From Candidatus Omnitrophota bacterium (GTDB taxonomy: Bacteria; Omnitrophota; JACPQZ01): 64,000 nt of DNA. Shown one piece after another: positions 23,104-33,387 of this stretch. The stretch is taken from assembly GCA_016190205.1 (NCBI GenBank), contig JACPQZ010000048.1, forward strand, positions 13,943 through 77,942, written 5' to 3'. Positions within the stretch are counted from its first letter, which is position 1; every line of letters begins with the position of its first letter. Below the pieces are notes generated by a model. That model did not search any database and had not been told where the DNA came from. It saw only the letters and a list, made by a program, of their open reading frames with translations. Made by a program: the position numbers and the translations under genes.

Positions 23104-23885
23104 TGTTAGACATTCGCGATCTACACGTCCGCGTGGGCGGAGCGGAAATATTGAAAGGCATTGATCTAAAGATTGGTGCAGGGGAGGTCCACGCCATCAT
23201 GGGGCCTAACGGATCGGGCAAGAGCACCCTCACGCAGGTTTTGGCCGGAAATCCCCAATACGAAGTGACCCGGGGAGAGGTGCTTTATGAAGGAAAGGAA
23301 CTCTTGAAGATGGAGCCCGAGAATCGCGCGCGGGAGGGAGTTTTTCTCGCGTTTCAGTATCCGGTAGAGATCCCTGGTGTCAATAATGCCTATTTCCTTA
23401 AAGCCGCCTTAAATGAGATCCGGGCTCACCGAGGAAAGCCTCCCCTAGACGCCATGGAGTTTTTGGAGCTTCTTAGAGAAAAGCTCAAGCTCGTAGGCAT
23501 GGATGAAGGATTTAAAAACCGGCCCGTAAACCAGGGCTTTTCGGGCGGTGAAAAGAAACGCAATGAGATGCTCCAGCTCGCCGTCCTGGAGCCCAAGCTC
23601 GCCATACTGGACGAAACGGACTCGGGCCTCGACATCGACGCCCTCAAGGCCGTGGCCCAGGGTGTAAACGCCATGCGTAGTCCCCAACGGGCCATGCTCA
23701 TCGTGACGCATTATCAAAGGCTTCTCAATTACATCACACCGGACAGGGTGCATGTCCTGGCTGAGGGGAGGATTGCCCTAACCGGCGGGCCGAAGCTTGC
23801 CCATGAGCTTGAGGCAAAAGGGTATGATTGGGTCCGGAAGCAGGCCCTCGCGGGCCGGGCCCTGGCAGGAAAGGAAAAGACGTGA
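23103..23885 (+). CDS. sufC: Fe-S cluster assembly ATPase SufC
   Basis: GPNGSGKST, FQYPVEIPGV, FSGGEKKRNE, DETDSGLDID. Confidence 0.98.
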   Translation: MLDIRDLHVRVGGAEILKGIDLKIGAGEVHAIMGPNGSGKSTLTQVLAGNPQYEVTRGEVLYEGKELLKMEPENRAREGVFLAFQYPVEIPGVNNAYFLKAALNEIRAHRGKPPLDAMEFLELLREKLKLVGMDEGFKNRPVNQGFSGGEKKRNEMLQLAVLEPKLAILDETDSGLDIDALKAVAQGVNAMRSPQRAMLIVTHYQRLLNYITPDRVHVLAEGRIALTGGPKLAHELEAKGYDWVRKQALAGRALAGKEKT

Positions 23886-25219
23886 TGACCCCTGAAAGCT
23901 GTGTGGCGCTCTTTGAGCGATTTGCGGGCGCGAGAAAGGAGCCTGAAGGACTCATGACGCTGCGCCGCGAGGCCATCGCGCGCTTTTCCGAGCTGGGGTT
24001 TCCCACGCAAAAGCTCGAGGACTGGAAGTATACGGGGCTCAAGCCTGTTGTGGAGCATGCGTTCGAGCTCGCCCCCGAATCCCAGGCCCTGCCCGCAGTC
24101 CGCCAGTTGGCCGAACGGGTCATCTTTAAAGAGGCGCTAAAATCGCATGTGGTCTTTATCGATGGTGTGTATTCCAAAGAACTCTCCACTCTTCCGCGAG
24201 TTGGCCCCGGCGCGGGGGTAGGCAGTTTGTGGAACGCCCTGCGGATCGAGCCCGAGCGCGTGCTCAAGCACCTCGGCCGTTACGGCCTGTGCGGGGCCGA
24301 CGCCTTTACGGCCCTCAACACGGCCTTCTACCGGGACGGGGCCTTCATTTATCTCCCCGCGGGGACCTCTCTGGAAGAACTGGTCCAAATCGTCTATATT
24401 TCCCTTGCCTCAAGTCCCGGCACGATGACCCAGCCGCGCACCCTGGTGGTGGCGGAGGACGAAAGCCGGGCCCGGCTCGTCGAAACCTATGTCACTTTGG
24501 GGGACGGCCCCTCACTCACCAACGCCGTGACCGAGATCTACTTGGGCCCCGGTGCCGGGGTTGTGCATTACCGCGTTCAAGAGGAGTCCCTGACCGGGTA
24601 TCACATCGGCTCGACCCATGTCTGGCAGGGGGCGGACAGTACGTTTAGTTCTTTTTCGGTGGCCACCGGAGCTCTCCTGGCCAAGACAAGCACACGGGTG
24701 ATATTGGGCGAGGAACACAGCGGCGCGCGTCTCATGGGGCTGTATCTCGCCCACGGCGGCCAGCACCTCGACAATCAGACGTTCATCAGTCACGCCAAGC
24801 CACACACGACCAGCCGCCAGCTCTACAAAGGGATTTTAGACGGAAACTCGACCGCGGTGTTTAACGGAAAGATCATTGTGGAGCGCGAGGCCCAGAAGAC
24901 CGATGCGCTTCAGAAAAATAAAACCTTGTTGCTTTCCGATCGCGCTTCTTGCGACACGCGGCCGCAGCTGGAGATTTTTGCAGATGACGTCAAGTGCGCG
25001 CACGGCGCAGCAGTGGGTGAGCTCGACGCGCAGGCCCTCTTTTATTTAAAGAGCCGGGGCATGGGGGACGACTCCGCCAGAGGGCTGCTCACCGAAGGCT
25101 TTGCGCATGAAGTGATCGATGACATCCTGATAGAAGGACTGAAGGCCAGGGTCAGTTCAATGTTAAGGCAAAAGTTTTTTAATGGAGGCCGCGCGCGTCA
25201 TGGTGAAGTTGATGGCTGA
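23885..25219 (+). CDS. sufD: Fe-S cluster assembly protein SufD
   Basis: EDWKYT, PQLEIFADDVKCAHGA, FYLKSRG. Confidence 0.96.
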   Translation: MTPESCVALFERFAGARKEPEGLMTLRREAIARFSELGFPTQKLEDWKYTGLKPVVEHAFELAPESQALPAVRQLAERVIFKEALKSHVVFIDGVYSKELSTLPRVGPGAGVGSLWNALRIEPERVLKHLGRYGLCGADAFTALNTAFYRDGAFIYLPAGTSLEELVQIVYISLASSPGTMTQPRTLVVAEDESRARLVETYVTLGDGPSLTNAVTEIYLGPGAGVVHYRVQEESLTGYHIGSTHVWQGADSTFSSFSVATGALLAKTSTRVILGEEHSGARLMGLYLAHGGQHLDNQTFISHAKPHTTSRQLYKGILDGNSTAVFNGKIIVEREAQKTDALQKNKTLLLSDRASCDTRPQLEIFADDVKCAHGAAVGELDAQALFYLKSRGMGDDSARGLLTEGFAHEVIDDILIEGLKARVSSMLRQKFFNGGRARHGEVDG

Positions 25220-26435
25220 TTTTGACGTGGAGCGCATCCGGAGAGATTTCCCGGCCCTCGCGCAAAAGGTGCGGGGGCACGGCTTGGTCTACCTCGACAA
25301 CGCCGCCACGACCCAGAAGCCGAAACCTGTGATCGATACCCTTGTCGAATTTTACACGACGCACAACGCCAATATCCACCGCGGGGTGCACGCCTTGAGC
25401 GAGCGCTCCACCCAGGCCTACGAAGAGGCCCGGAAAAAGATCCAGCGTTTCATCAACGCTGAAAGTCATGAGGAGATCGTCTTTGTGCGGGGTACCACCG
25501 AGGGCATCAATCTCGTCGCCCATTCCTTCGGCCGCCCGCGCATTCACAAAGGGGATGAGATCGTCGTCTCGGCCATGGAACACCACTCCAATATCGTGCC
25601 CTGGCAGATCCTGCGCGACGAGACGGGGGCGAATCTGAAAGTCATCCCCGTGAGCGATGAGGGGGAGTTGGACCTCGCGGCCTACGAAAGACTCCTGACG
25701 GAGCGGACGCGGCTTGTGAGCGTTGTCTACGTCTCCAACTCCATCGGCACCGTCAATCCCATGAGTCTCATCATTCAAAAGGCGCATGCGCGGGGGATTC
25801 CGGTCTTGGTGGACGGGGCGCAGGCTGTCTCTCATCTCATGGTGGACGTGCAGGCCCTCGACTGTGACTTTTTTGCCTTTAGCGGGCACAAGCTCTTCGG
25901 GCCGACCGGAGTGGGTGTCCTGTACGCGAAGAAAGCGCATCTTGCGGCCATGCCTCCTTACCAGGGGGGCGGCGACATGATTAGCTCCGTGACTTTTGAA
26001 AAGACGCGCTACAACACCCTCCCTTATAAATTTGAGGCGGGGACGCCGCATATCTCTGGGGGGATCGGGCTGGGGAGCGCGGTGGATTATCTGGAGCGGG
26101 CGGGGATGGAAAAAATCGCGGCATATGAATCCGAGCTTTTGGATTATGCCACCGAGGCCTTGGGGCGCGTGGAGGACCTTCGCATCATCGGAACGTCCCG
26201 GCATAAGGCCAGCATCGTCTCCTTTGTCCTGGGCGACATCCATGCGCATGACGTCGGGACTATCTTGGATAGATATGGTGTCGCTGTTCGGACGGGCCAC
26301 CACTGCACTATGCCGCTTATGGAGCGCTTCGGGGTGGCGGCCACGGTCCGCGCCTCTTTCGCGTTTTATAATACCCGGAGGGATGTGGACAGCCTGGTAG
26401 AAGCCCTGAATCAAGTGCGCAAGGTGTTTCGCTGA
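25212..26435 (+). CDS. sufS: Cysteine desulfurase SufS
   Basis: YLDNAATTQKP, SGHKLFGPTG, RTGHHC. Confidence 0.97.
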   Translation: MADFDVERIRRDFPALAQKVRGHGLVYLDNAATTQKPKPVIDTLVEFYTTHNANIHRGVHALSERSTQAYEEARKKIQRFINAESHEEIVFVRGTTEGINLVAHSFGRPRIHKGDEIVVSAMEHHSNIVPWQILRDETGANLKVIPVSDEGELDLAAYERLLTERTRLVSVVYVSNSIGTVNPMSLIIQKAHARGIPVLVDGAQAVSHLMVDVQALDCDFFAFSGHKLFGPTGVGVLYAKKAHLAAMPPYQGGGDMISSVTFEKTRYNTLPYKFEAGTPHISGGIGLGSAVDYLERAGMEKIAAYESELLDYATEALGRVEDLRIIGTSRHKASIVSFVLGDIHAHDVGTILDRYGVAVRTGHHCTMPLMERFGVAATVRASFAFYNTRRDVDSLVEALNQVRKVFR

Positions 26436-26890
26436 TGTCCGACCTGCGCGAGCTTTACCAGGAGATGATCCTCGAGCACAACAAACAGCCCCGGAATTTC
26501 CGGGAGATACAGGACGCGACGGCGCGGACGGAGGGTTTTAATCCCCTGTGCGGAGACCGGCTGACGGTGTATCTAAAGATCGCTGGAGGCAGGGTGAAGG
26601 ACGTGAGTTTCAAGGGTTCCGGCTGCGCGATTTCCAAGTCGTCGGCGTCCATGATGACGGCTGCGGTCATGGGCCGGACGGTCAAAGAGGCGGAACACCT
26701 CTTTCAAGCCTTTCGCGACATGCTCTCATCTAAAAAAGGGGCCCCGTTCGACGCGGAGAGACTTGGGAAACTGGCCGTTTTTTCTGGGGTGAATGAGTAC
26801 CCGGCGCGCATTAAATGCGCGACCTTGGCCTGGCACACACTGCGTGCCGCGCTGGATGGCGGGACGGATGGTTCGGTGTCGACCGAGTGA
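26435..26890 (+). CDS. sufU: SUF system NifU-like protein
   Basis: NPLCGD, GCAIS, RIKCATL. Confidence 0.95.
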   Translation: MSDLRELYQEMILEHNKQPRNFREIQDATARTEGFNPLCGDRLTVYLKIAGGRVKDVSFKGSGCAISKSSASMMTAAVMGRTVKEAEHLFQAFRDMLSSKKGAPFDAERLGKLAVFSGVNEYPARIKCATLAWHTLRAALDGGTDGSVSTE

Positions 26891-26950
26891 TGCGTTGTGC
26901 GTGGAGCGTTGTGCGTTGTGCGTGGAGCGTTGTGCGTTGTGCGTGGAGCG
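26891..26950. repeat. Heptamer array built from a 21-bp unit (TGCGTTG TGCGTGG AGCGTTG) x ~3
   Basis: Fills almost the whole sufU-sufT spacer. Confidence 0.92.
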
Positions 26951-26956
26951 GAATAA

Positions 26957-27493
26957 ATGTTTGAAACGGTAAAGACCACTCGCGACTGCGAAGCGACTGA
27001 AATTCCGAGCGGGCATAAGATCACCCTCCCCGCGGGGACGGAGGTGCGCATTACCCAGGTTGCTGGAAATTCCTATACGGTCATGTCCGACTTGGGATTC
27101 ATGGCGAGCGTTGCCGGAAAAGATGCCGATGCAATTGGCAAAGAGCCGCTCGTGTCCGAGGATTCGAACCAGGCGGGCGGCACTCTCGAGGAGCAAGTCG
27201 AGGCCCAGCTTAAGACTTGCTTCGACCCCGAGATCCCCATCAACATCGTGGACTTAGGACTCATCTACGATCGGAAATTTTTGGATACGCAAGGCGGCGG
27301 AAGACGCGTGGAGATCAAGATGACCCTGACCGCCCCCGGCTGCGGCATGGGGGAATGGCTCAAGCAGGACATCGAGGCGAAACTCCTTAGGCTCGCCGGC
27401 ATCAAAGAAGTCGGGGTCGAGCTCGTCTGGGACCCTCCCTGGGACCGGAGCCGCATGTCCGAGGCCGCCAAGCTGCAGCTGGGAATGATGTAA
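26957..27493 (+). CDS. sufT: Fe-S cluster assembly protein SufT (DUF59)
   Basis: DPEIPINIVDLGL, MTLTAPGCGMG, WDPPW. Confidence 0.93.
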   Translation: MFETVKTTRDCEATEIPSGHKITLPAGTEVRITQVAGNSYTVMSDLGFMASVAGKDADAIGKEPLVSEDSNQAGGTLEEQVEAQLKTCFDPEIPINIVDLGLIYDRKFLDTQGGGRRVEIKMTLTAPGCGMGEWLKQDIEAKLLRLAGIKEVGVELVWDPPWDRSRMSEAAKLQLGMM

Positions 27494-27512
27494 CCCATTC
27501 TCCATCCCGATC

Positions 27513-29150
27513 GTGCAATCCCAATCCTCGACCGAAACCGTTTTTTCCTACCACCAACAGACGAAGCACCATTTTGACCGATATGCCAGCTCATTGGGTT
27601 ATCTCGACTGGGCCACGCAGCCCAATCCCTTCCGGATGTGGGAGGGCTCCGAGGTCATCCCGCTCCCCCTTCTAAAAAAGGATCCAGGCACGGCGTATGA
27701 CGACCTCTATCACCGGGATCGCAACCCGCAGCAAGCCCTGTGCTGGGATACCCTCGGGGCCTATTTCGAGCTCTCTCTTGGGATATCCGCCTGGAAATCG
27801 ACCGGAGTCACGCACTGGGCTCTGCGCGTAAATCCCTCAAGTGGCAACCTGCATCCTACCGAGGGTTACGTCATCCTGCCTGACATGAGCGAAGTCCGGG
27901 GCGGCGTCTTTCATTACAATCCATTGTTGCATGCCCTGGAGCGCCGGGCGACTCTGCCTGGAGAGGCAGGCAACGGACTTGAGACCCATTTCGGGGCCCC
28001 GGGCTTTCTCGTTGTTTTAACGAGCGTTTACTGGAGGGAATCCTGGAAATACGGAGAGCGGGGATTTCGCTACTCGATGCACGATGCGGGGCATGCGCTG
28101 GGAGCGCTTGTTTTTTCGGGCGCCCTCCTGGGGTGGCGGCACACGTTTCTTAAGGAGGTCTTGGACGAAGAGGCGGAGGCCCTAGTCGGTTTTGACCGCG
28201 TCCGCTGGACCCGCCACGAGGAGGAGTTTGTAGACGCGGTTGCTTTTGTGTGTACCGGTGCCGGTCGCAACATTCCTAAGCGGCTTCCTCCAGAACTAGT
28301 CCGGGAGGCATCCCGGTGCGAGTTCAAGGGAAGTCCAAACCGCTTGAGCGGCGGACATGCGGATTGGGAAGCGATTGAGCGTGTGGCTCTAACCACGCGG
28401 AAGGAGCATGGGCTGACGGATGTCTGGCAGGCGCCCTCAAGGCCCTATCTGGACCGGGTCCGGTATGGATTCAGCGCCTCCGAGGTCATCCGCAAAAGGC
28501 GCAGTGCGGTGGCCATGGACGGAGCGACCGGTCTCACGCGGGACGAATTCCTGGCCATTCTGGACCGGACCCTCCCGCGCGCAGGGTGCGCGCCCTTCGA
28601 TATCGAGCTGGGGTCCCCTCACGCACATCTTTTTCTCTTTGTCCACCGCGTGGACGGCCTAGATCCCGGTCTTTATTTCCTTATCAGGAATGAGGCCGAC
28701 GCGGATGATTTAAAAAGGGCCTGTCACGAGGAATTTCTCTGGCAGCCGGTGGAAGCCGGTTTTCCCCTAGCTCTTCTCAAGAAAGGGGATTACCGCGCCC
28801 AAGCAGCCGAGGTCAGTTGTCACCAAGACATTGCCGGGGACAGCGCCTTTTCGCTGGGCCAGATCGCGCGGTTTCGGGATATCGTTGAGGAAAATCCCTG
28901 GTGCTATCGGCGGCTATTCTGGGAGACCGGACTGGTGGGCCAGGTGCTCTATTTGGAAGCGGAGGCGTTGGGAAAGAGCGCGACGGGGATCGGCTGTTAT
29001 TTCGACGATCCCGTGCATGAGCTTTTAGGATTGACGGACGACAGTTTTCAAAGTCTCTACCATTTTACGGTGGGCGGCGCGGTGGTGGATGAACGCCTCA
29101 CCACATATTCGGCCTATCACCATCTAAAAGACGTGAATCGTGATTCGTGA
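27513..29150 (+). CDS. SagB/ThcOx-family tandem nitroreductase
   Basis: LRVNPSSGNLHP, WKYGERGFRY, RKRRS, TGIGCYFDD. Confidence 0.88.
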   Translation: MQSQSSTETVFSYHQQTKHHFDRYASSLGYLDWATQPNPFRMWEGSEVIPLPLLKKDPGTAYDDLYHRDRNPQQALCWDTLGAYFELSLGISAWKSTGVTHWALRVNPSSGNLHPTEGYVILPDMSEVRGGVFHYNPLLHALERRATLPGEAGNGLETHFGAPGFLVVLTSVYWRESWKYGERGFRYSMHDAGHALGALVFSGALLGWRHTFLKEVLDEEAEALVGFDRVRWTRHEEEFVDAVAFVCTGAGRNIPKRLPPELVREASRCEFKGSPNRLSGGHADWEAIERVALTTRKEHGLTDVWQAPSRPYLDRVRYGFSASEVIRKRRSAVAMDGATGLTRDEFLAILDRTLPRAGCAPFDIELGSPHAHLFLFVHRVDGLDPGLYFLIRNEADADDLKRACHEEFLWQPVEAGFPLALLKKGDYRAQAAEVSCHQDIAGDSAFSLGQIARFRDIVEENPWCYRRLFWETGLVGQVLYLEAEALGKSATGIGCYFDDPVHELLGLTDDSFQSLYHFTVGGAVVDERLTTYSAYHHLKDVNRDS

Positions 29151-29159
29151 ATCGTGAAT
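29132..29159. repeat. Heptamer repeat (CGTGAAT)x4 spanning the stop codon
   Basis: Read directly. Confidence 0.85.
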
Positions 29160-29200
29160 CTCCGCCTGAAGCGGGGTGAAGCGGCATGGAGAAAGCGCCA

Positions 29201-29686
29201 ATGAAAAATACCATCCTGACCACACTCTGTTATGTTAAAAAAGGCGGGAAGACGCTTATGCTCCACAAGAATAAGAAGCCCGGCGATGTCCATCAGGGAA
29301 AATGGAACGGGCTGGGAGGAAAGTTTTTTCCGGGAGAGACGCCCGAGGAATGTGCCAAAAGAGAGGTCTGGGAGGAGTCCGGGCTCACGATCCGCAATCC
29401 CATTCTAAGAGGGGTGCTCACGTATCCCATGTTCTTGCATGGGTCTGACGAATACGTTTTTATTTTTACAGCGACGAAATTTTCCGGCCGCTTGATCGAT
29501 TCGCCGGAGGGAGACTTGAAGTGGGTTCAGGATAGTCGTCTCATGGAGCTTTCGCTCTGGGAAGGCGATCCACTTTTTTGGGAGTGGATGAAGGACGGCA
29601 GATTTTTCTCCGGAAAGATGGTTTACCGGGGCGAGAGACTCTTGCGCCATGAGGTCACCTTTTACGGAACCCGGCGGAGGGCGTGA
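29201..29686 (+). CDS. NUDIX hydrolase (MutX/MTH1-like 8-oxo-dGTPase)
   Basis: GKWNGLGGK...GETPEECAKREVWEESGL. Confidence 0.92.
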   Translation: MKNTILTTLCYVKKGGKTLMLHKNKKPGDVHQGKWNGLGGKFFPGETPEECAKREVWEESGLTIRNPILRGVLTYPMFLHGSDEYVFIFTATKFSGRLIDSPEGDLKWVQDSRLMELSLWEGDPLFWEWMKDGRFFSGKMVYRGERLLRHEVTFYGTRRRA

Positions 29687-29725
29687 TATAATAGCTTCAC
29701 AAAAGCCATCATCAGGAGGTGACAC

Positions 29726-30001
29726 ATGGGTGGAACAGCGTTTTTACTCTTGGCAATTGTAGCCGGGTATTGGCTGCTCGAGCGCGCCGAACAGCAGAAG
29801 GGCGGCATGAAGCGGCTGGGCCGCATCCTGGGTCTTGTGGTGATCGCGATCGCGCTCATCGGAACCGCGTGCAAGGTCTATTGCATCTCCAGCGGAAACT
29901 ATGCCTCCTGCCCGGTTGGCTTCAGCGGGAAAGGCAAGGGGATGTACTGTCCCATGTCCATGCGCCCGTCCGCCACTACAACGCCAGCGGACGGGCGCTG
30001 A
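29726..30001 (+). CDS. Small two-TM membrane protein with Cys/Met-rich tail
   Basis: SD AGGAGG; two hydrophobic segments; CP motifs. Confidence 0.7.
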   Translation: MGGTAFLLLAIVAGYWLLERAEQQKGGMKRLGRILGLVVIAIALIGTACKVYCISSGNYASCPVGFSGKGKGMYCPMSMRPSATTTPADGR

Positions 30002-30190
30002 TGCATGGGTGGCGCCCGCCCGCCTTCGATGGCGCCCTCCAGCACCGAATAAACCCCTGGCGGCGTAGCTTCCGCCTCCGCCTCCGCCCAAGGCGGATCA
30101 GCCTTTGGCTGACGAGGCGGACCCGCTGTTGCGGGCAGTTGGCAGCCTCTGGCCCGCAGGGAGCAGTGAACTCGTACATAGATTGAGCGA

Positions 30191-30263
30191 GGCGGCGTAG
30201 CTCAGTTGGTAGAGCAGCGGACTCATAAGCCGCGCGTCAGTGGTTCGATTCCACTCGCCGCCA
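30191..30263 (+). tRNA. tRNA-Met(CAT), probably elongator
   Basis: Cloverleaf with GGCGGCG/CGCCGCC acceptor, CTCATAA loop and GTTCGATTC; G2:C71 and C3:G70 favour Met over Ile2. Confidence 0.9.
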
Positions 30264-30290
30264 CCTCTTCCTCCGTGCGAGCCCCTTCGG

Positions 30291-30486
30291 GAATCGTGAA
30301 TCGTGAATCGTTTATCGGTCATCGGTAATCGCAAGCGCCGTTGGCTATCAGACTTCAGCCAAAGGTGGAGCATACAACCGGCGGCTGCAAGTTGAGGGCG
30401 CATGATATTTCTCTTTCTTGCGATAACCGATCACCGCTCACCGATAAACGAATTAGCGATGACCGATCACCGAGCACCGATCACCG
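30291..30486. repeat. Inverted pair of heptamer arrays (GAATCGT/nnATCGG ... CCGATnA)
   Basis: Left arm 30291-30335, right arm 30417-30486. Confidence 0.82.
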
Positions 30487-30646
30487 GAGCAGTAGATTGA
30501 GGAATTATATTTCTCACCTTTTACACTTTTACCCAACTCCTACCAAATCTTAACAATTTCTGGCAATAATCCCGTCGCAAAAGTGTTTCTATAATCGGGG
30601 AAACACCTGCTTCACGGTGTGATTCATTGACTGCGGGAGGTGTCAT

Positions 30647-31189
30647 ATGAATCTAAAACCTTCGGTCATAGTTTATGCCGCTCTTTTAGCGTGCCTCGCG
30701 GCCAACACGCTAGGCATAGCTTATGCTGAAGAAAAGCGCGTTTCGGCCGCGCTTACGTTTCAGTACGACCCCCAAGTAAAAGAGCTCAACCTCACCCAAC
30801 AGAAGGTCGTGCCTCGGGAGACTCCTAAAAATAGAAGCCGCGTTCTCCAGCCCGGCACATGGCGCGTGGACATGCTGGATGCAAGCGGCCATATATTATC
30901 CAAAACGCACATCGCAGACCCCACTCTCATTTATGCCGATTGGCCGGTTGATCCGGAGTCGTCCGAGCCGGGGCTTCTCACAGGAACGCAGGTTCAATTG
31001 GAGGAAGCCGAGTTTTCGGTTGTCGTGCCATTTGAAATGGGTCTTTCGCGCGCGGTCATCAGAAAACCCAGGTTTAATGCCGAGCGCCGCTTTAAGCGCT
31101 TCGAGCGGATCGGTTCCCTGGGGGTGGACCGGTCGGCGTTGATCCAGCAATACCAGGAGGTCATGGGTCATGACTCGGCCAAGCCTTGA
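30647..31189 (+). CDS. Secreted hypothetical protein, coupled to the M64 peptidase gene
   Basis: SD GGGAGG; signal peptide ending AYA. Confidence 0.7.
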   Translation: MNLKPSVIVYAALLACLAANTLGIAYAEEKRVSAALTFQYDPQVKELNLTQQKVVPRETPKNRSRVLQPGTWRVDMLDASGHILSKTHIADPTLIYADWPVDPESSEPGLLTGTQVQLEEAEFSVVVPFEMGLSRAVIRKPRFNAERRFKRFERIGSLGVDRSALIQQYQEVMGHDSAKP

Positions 31190-32687
31190 GAAACGAGGCG
31201 GTCTTTGCCATGCCCATACGGCAGGCTTCCTGGCCATTCTGTACATTCTGACCGCCGCACCTGTTGCCTTTGCGTGGGAAGCGACGACCTTGATCAGTCA
31301 TGGCGATCCGGCCAACCGGATTGATCTCGTCATCGTGGGCGACGGTTATAGGACTCAAGATCTGGCGAAATATACGAGCGATGTCAACATGATTGTCGGG
31401 CGCTTTTTTAACCAGACTCCTTTATCCAATTATCAGAGCCATTTTAATGTCCATCGGGTGGATGTGTTCAGCAGAGAATCCGGCGTAGATCATCCTGAAT
31501 ACGGTATCTATAAAAATACCGCATTGGACTGCACCTTTAATTACCGTGGGATCAAACGGCTGGTTTACTGCAATAGCTCAAAGGCCTACACGGTGGCCCA
31601 GGACGCTCCCGCGGTGCCGGACATTACGCTTGTAATCGTCAATGACGCCGAGTACGGGGGAAGCGGGGGCTGGATACCCGTGAGCTCCATGCACGCAAGC
31701 GCAGTGGAAATTATTTTGCACGAGCTGGGCCACAGCTTTGCTCTATTGGCCGATGAGTACACCGATGCCTACATCGCCCGGAATCACCCTTTCCCAACCA
31801 CGGAGCCTTCGCGGGCAAATATCACGATTGAGACCGAGCGCACACGCATTAAGTGGAGGGCCTGGATCGCCCCCGAGACCCCGGTGCCGACAACCACGTG
31901 GCAGCCTGCGAGTACGCCGGGACTCTATGAGGGAGCCTGCTATCTTGCCCACGACATCTTCCGGCCGACGCCCAATTCAAAAATGAGATCGCTCGGCCGG
32001 CCCTACGAAGCGATCAATACGGAGCAGTTTATTAAGCAGGTATACAATAAAGTGGATCCTATTGACTGGGTCATGCCGCTCAAAACAGAACTTTCTACCG
32101 ATAGGGGGAGTTATCTCACATTTCGGGCGGGCGTCGTGCATCCGACATCGCATAGGTTGATCGTGTGGTGGTTTCTGGACAATAGGTTTGTGAGCTCTTA
32201 TCCATCCTATACGCTGCGGGCAAGTTCGGTCGCACCGGGAACGCACACGATACGGCTTATGGTGAAAGACCCGACGGGGCTCGTCCGAAACGACCCGGAA
32301 CGCTTGCTAAAAAGCGAGCGGGTTTGGACGGTTGATGTTGCGGCGGATACGGATATGTTGCCACCGCTCGGAGATTTGGCGCTTTCTGTGCAGGGCGTTT
32401 CGGCCCATCAAGTGAGCTTGAGCTGGCCCGACGTCACCGGAGAATCTTCCTATGAGCTTGAGCATAGCGTAAGTCCCGATTTTACAAAAGGCTTGGTACG
32501 CATGACAATTGGCGGTGATACCACATCTTTTCAGGATGATAACCTTACCGTTGGCACAACTTATTACTATCGTCTGCGGGCCTGTAATTCGGCGGGGTGC
32601 ACGGATTTTTCTCCGGCTGTTTCTGCCTCCACGCCTGTCGCGGCGCCTTTCTTTGTCGAACCTACCGTAATCCAAGTGTTTTGGTGA
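31170..32687 (+). CDS. Secreted M64-family metallopeptidase with C-terminal Fn3 domain
   Basis: IDLVIVGDGY, YGGSGG, HELGHSFALLADEY, GLYEGA, FRPTPNSKMR; TTYYYRLRACN. Confidence 0.9.
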   Translation: MTRPSLEKRGGLCHAHTAGFLAILYILTAAPVAFAWEATTLISHGDPANRIDLVIVGDGYRTQDLAKYTSDVNMIVGRFFNQTPLSNYQSHFNVHRVDVFSRESGVDHPEYGIYKNTALDCTFNYRGIKRLVYCNSSKAYTVAQDAPAVPDITLVIVNDAEYGGSGGWIPVSSMHASAVEIILHELGHSFALLADEYTDAYIARNHPFPTTEPSRANITIETERTRIKWRAWIAPETPVPTTTWQPASTPGLYEGACYLAHDIFRPTPNSKMRSLGRPYEAINTEQFIKQVYNKVDPIDWVMPLKTELSTDRGSYLTFRAGVVHPTSHRLIVWWFLDNRFVSSYPSYTLRASSVAPGTHTIRLMVKDPTGLVRNDPERLLKSERVWTVDVAADTDMLPPLGDLALSVQGVSAHQVSLSWPDVTGESSYELEHSVSPDFTKGLVRMTIGGDTTSFQDDNLTVGTTYYYRLRACNSAGCTDFSPAVSASTPVAAPFFVEPTVIQVFW

Positions 32688-32835
32688 TGCGCGTCCACCC
32701 TTTTTCATGACACAATTGTAATGAAAATGTCACGCTCTCATCATAGGCGGTCTGCTAACCTTGTCTTAAGCAGAAAGTACACCTGGGCCCTGCGCGTGAT
32801 GATGCGCGGGCCTGAACGGAAAATGGAGGTGGAAA

Positions 32836-33195
32836 ATGAGCAGACTAAAAGAGATATGGTTAATGACCGCCCTGTTTGTCACAGGCACTTGCCTGACAAT
32901 TGTGAGCGGCGCGCTTGCTCAGGCAGACCTTCTGAGTATGTCGGGCGAGATCGTTGCGATTGACATTGCCTCGAAAACACTCTCTCTAAAAGGAGAGTCT
33001 TTTAACCAGGAGGAGTTTGTGTTCGAGGACAACGTCAAGGTCTTGCAAGGCGGAGATTCAGCCGCCTTGGAGGAACTCGCGCAAGGCGACCAGGTGACGG
33101 TCTGGTACCGCGAGGAGACAGATGGTCAGAAGGTGAGCGAGGCCATCGAAATCCAAGCGGCGGAAGGAGCCAGCCCGGAAGGCGGCAACTACTAA
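32836..33195 (+). CDS. Small secreted acidic beta-barrel (OB-fold-like) protein
   Basis: Signal peptide; GEIVAID...LSL...LAQGDQVTVWY. Confidence 0.7.
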   Translation: MSRLKEIWLMTALFVTGTCLTIVSGALAQADLLSMSGEIVAIDIASKTLSLKGESFNQEEFVFEDNVKVLQGGDSAALEELAQGDQVTVWYREETDGQKVSEAIEIQAAEGASPEGGNY

Positions 33196-33244
33196 AACAT
33201 ATGATTGGGTAGGCGTAGTCCCACAATAAAAGCAATGAAGAAAT

Positions 33245-33285
33245 GATGGCCTAGGGTTCGAAAATTCCCTAGGCCATCGTTTTTT
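33245..33285 (+). terminator. Rho-independent terminator
   Basis: GATGGCCTAGGG-loop-CCCTAGGCCATC followed by GTTTTTT. Confidence 0.8.
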
Positions 33286-33332
33286 ATGTCGTAACTAGTC
33301 TGTATATTTGTAGTTATAGAAAAATAAAGTTA

Positions 33333-33362
33333 TTGTCATTCTCCACTATTGTATGCTACAAT
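33333..33362 (+). promoter_or_regulatory. Putative sigma70 promoter of the giant gene
   Basis: TTGTCA 33333-33338, 18 nt, TGcTACAAT ending 33362, in an AT-rich spacer. Confidence 0.55.
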
Positions 33363-33387
33363 ATAGGCTATCTATAAACTCACCTAA

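Noticed and set aside
27513-29150. SagB/ThcOx protein as part of a RiPP cluster
   Set aside because: No YcaO, precursor peptide or transporter nearby; fits the stand-alone tandem nitroreductase type
30191-30263. tRNA-Ile2 (TilS substrate)
   Set aside because: Acceptor GGC start fits elongator Met better; not fully excluded without isotype models
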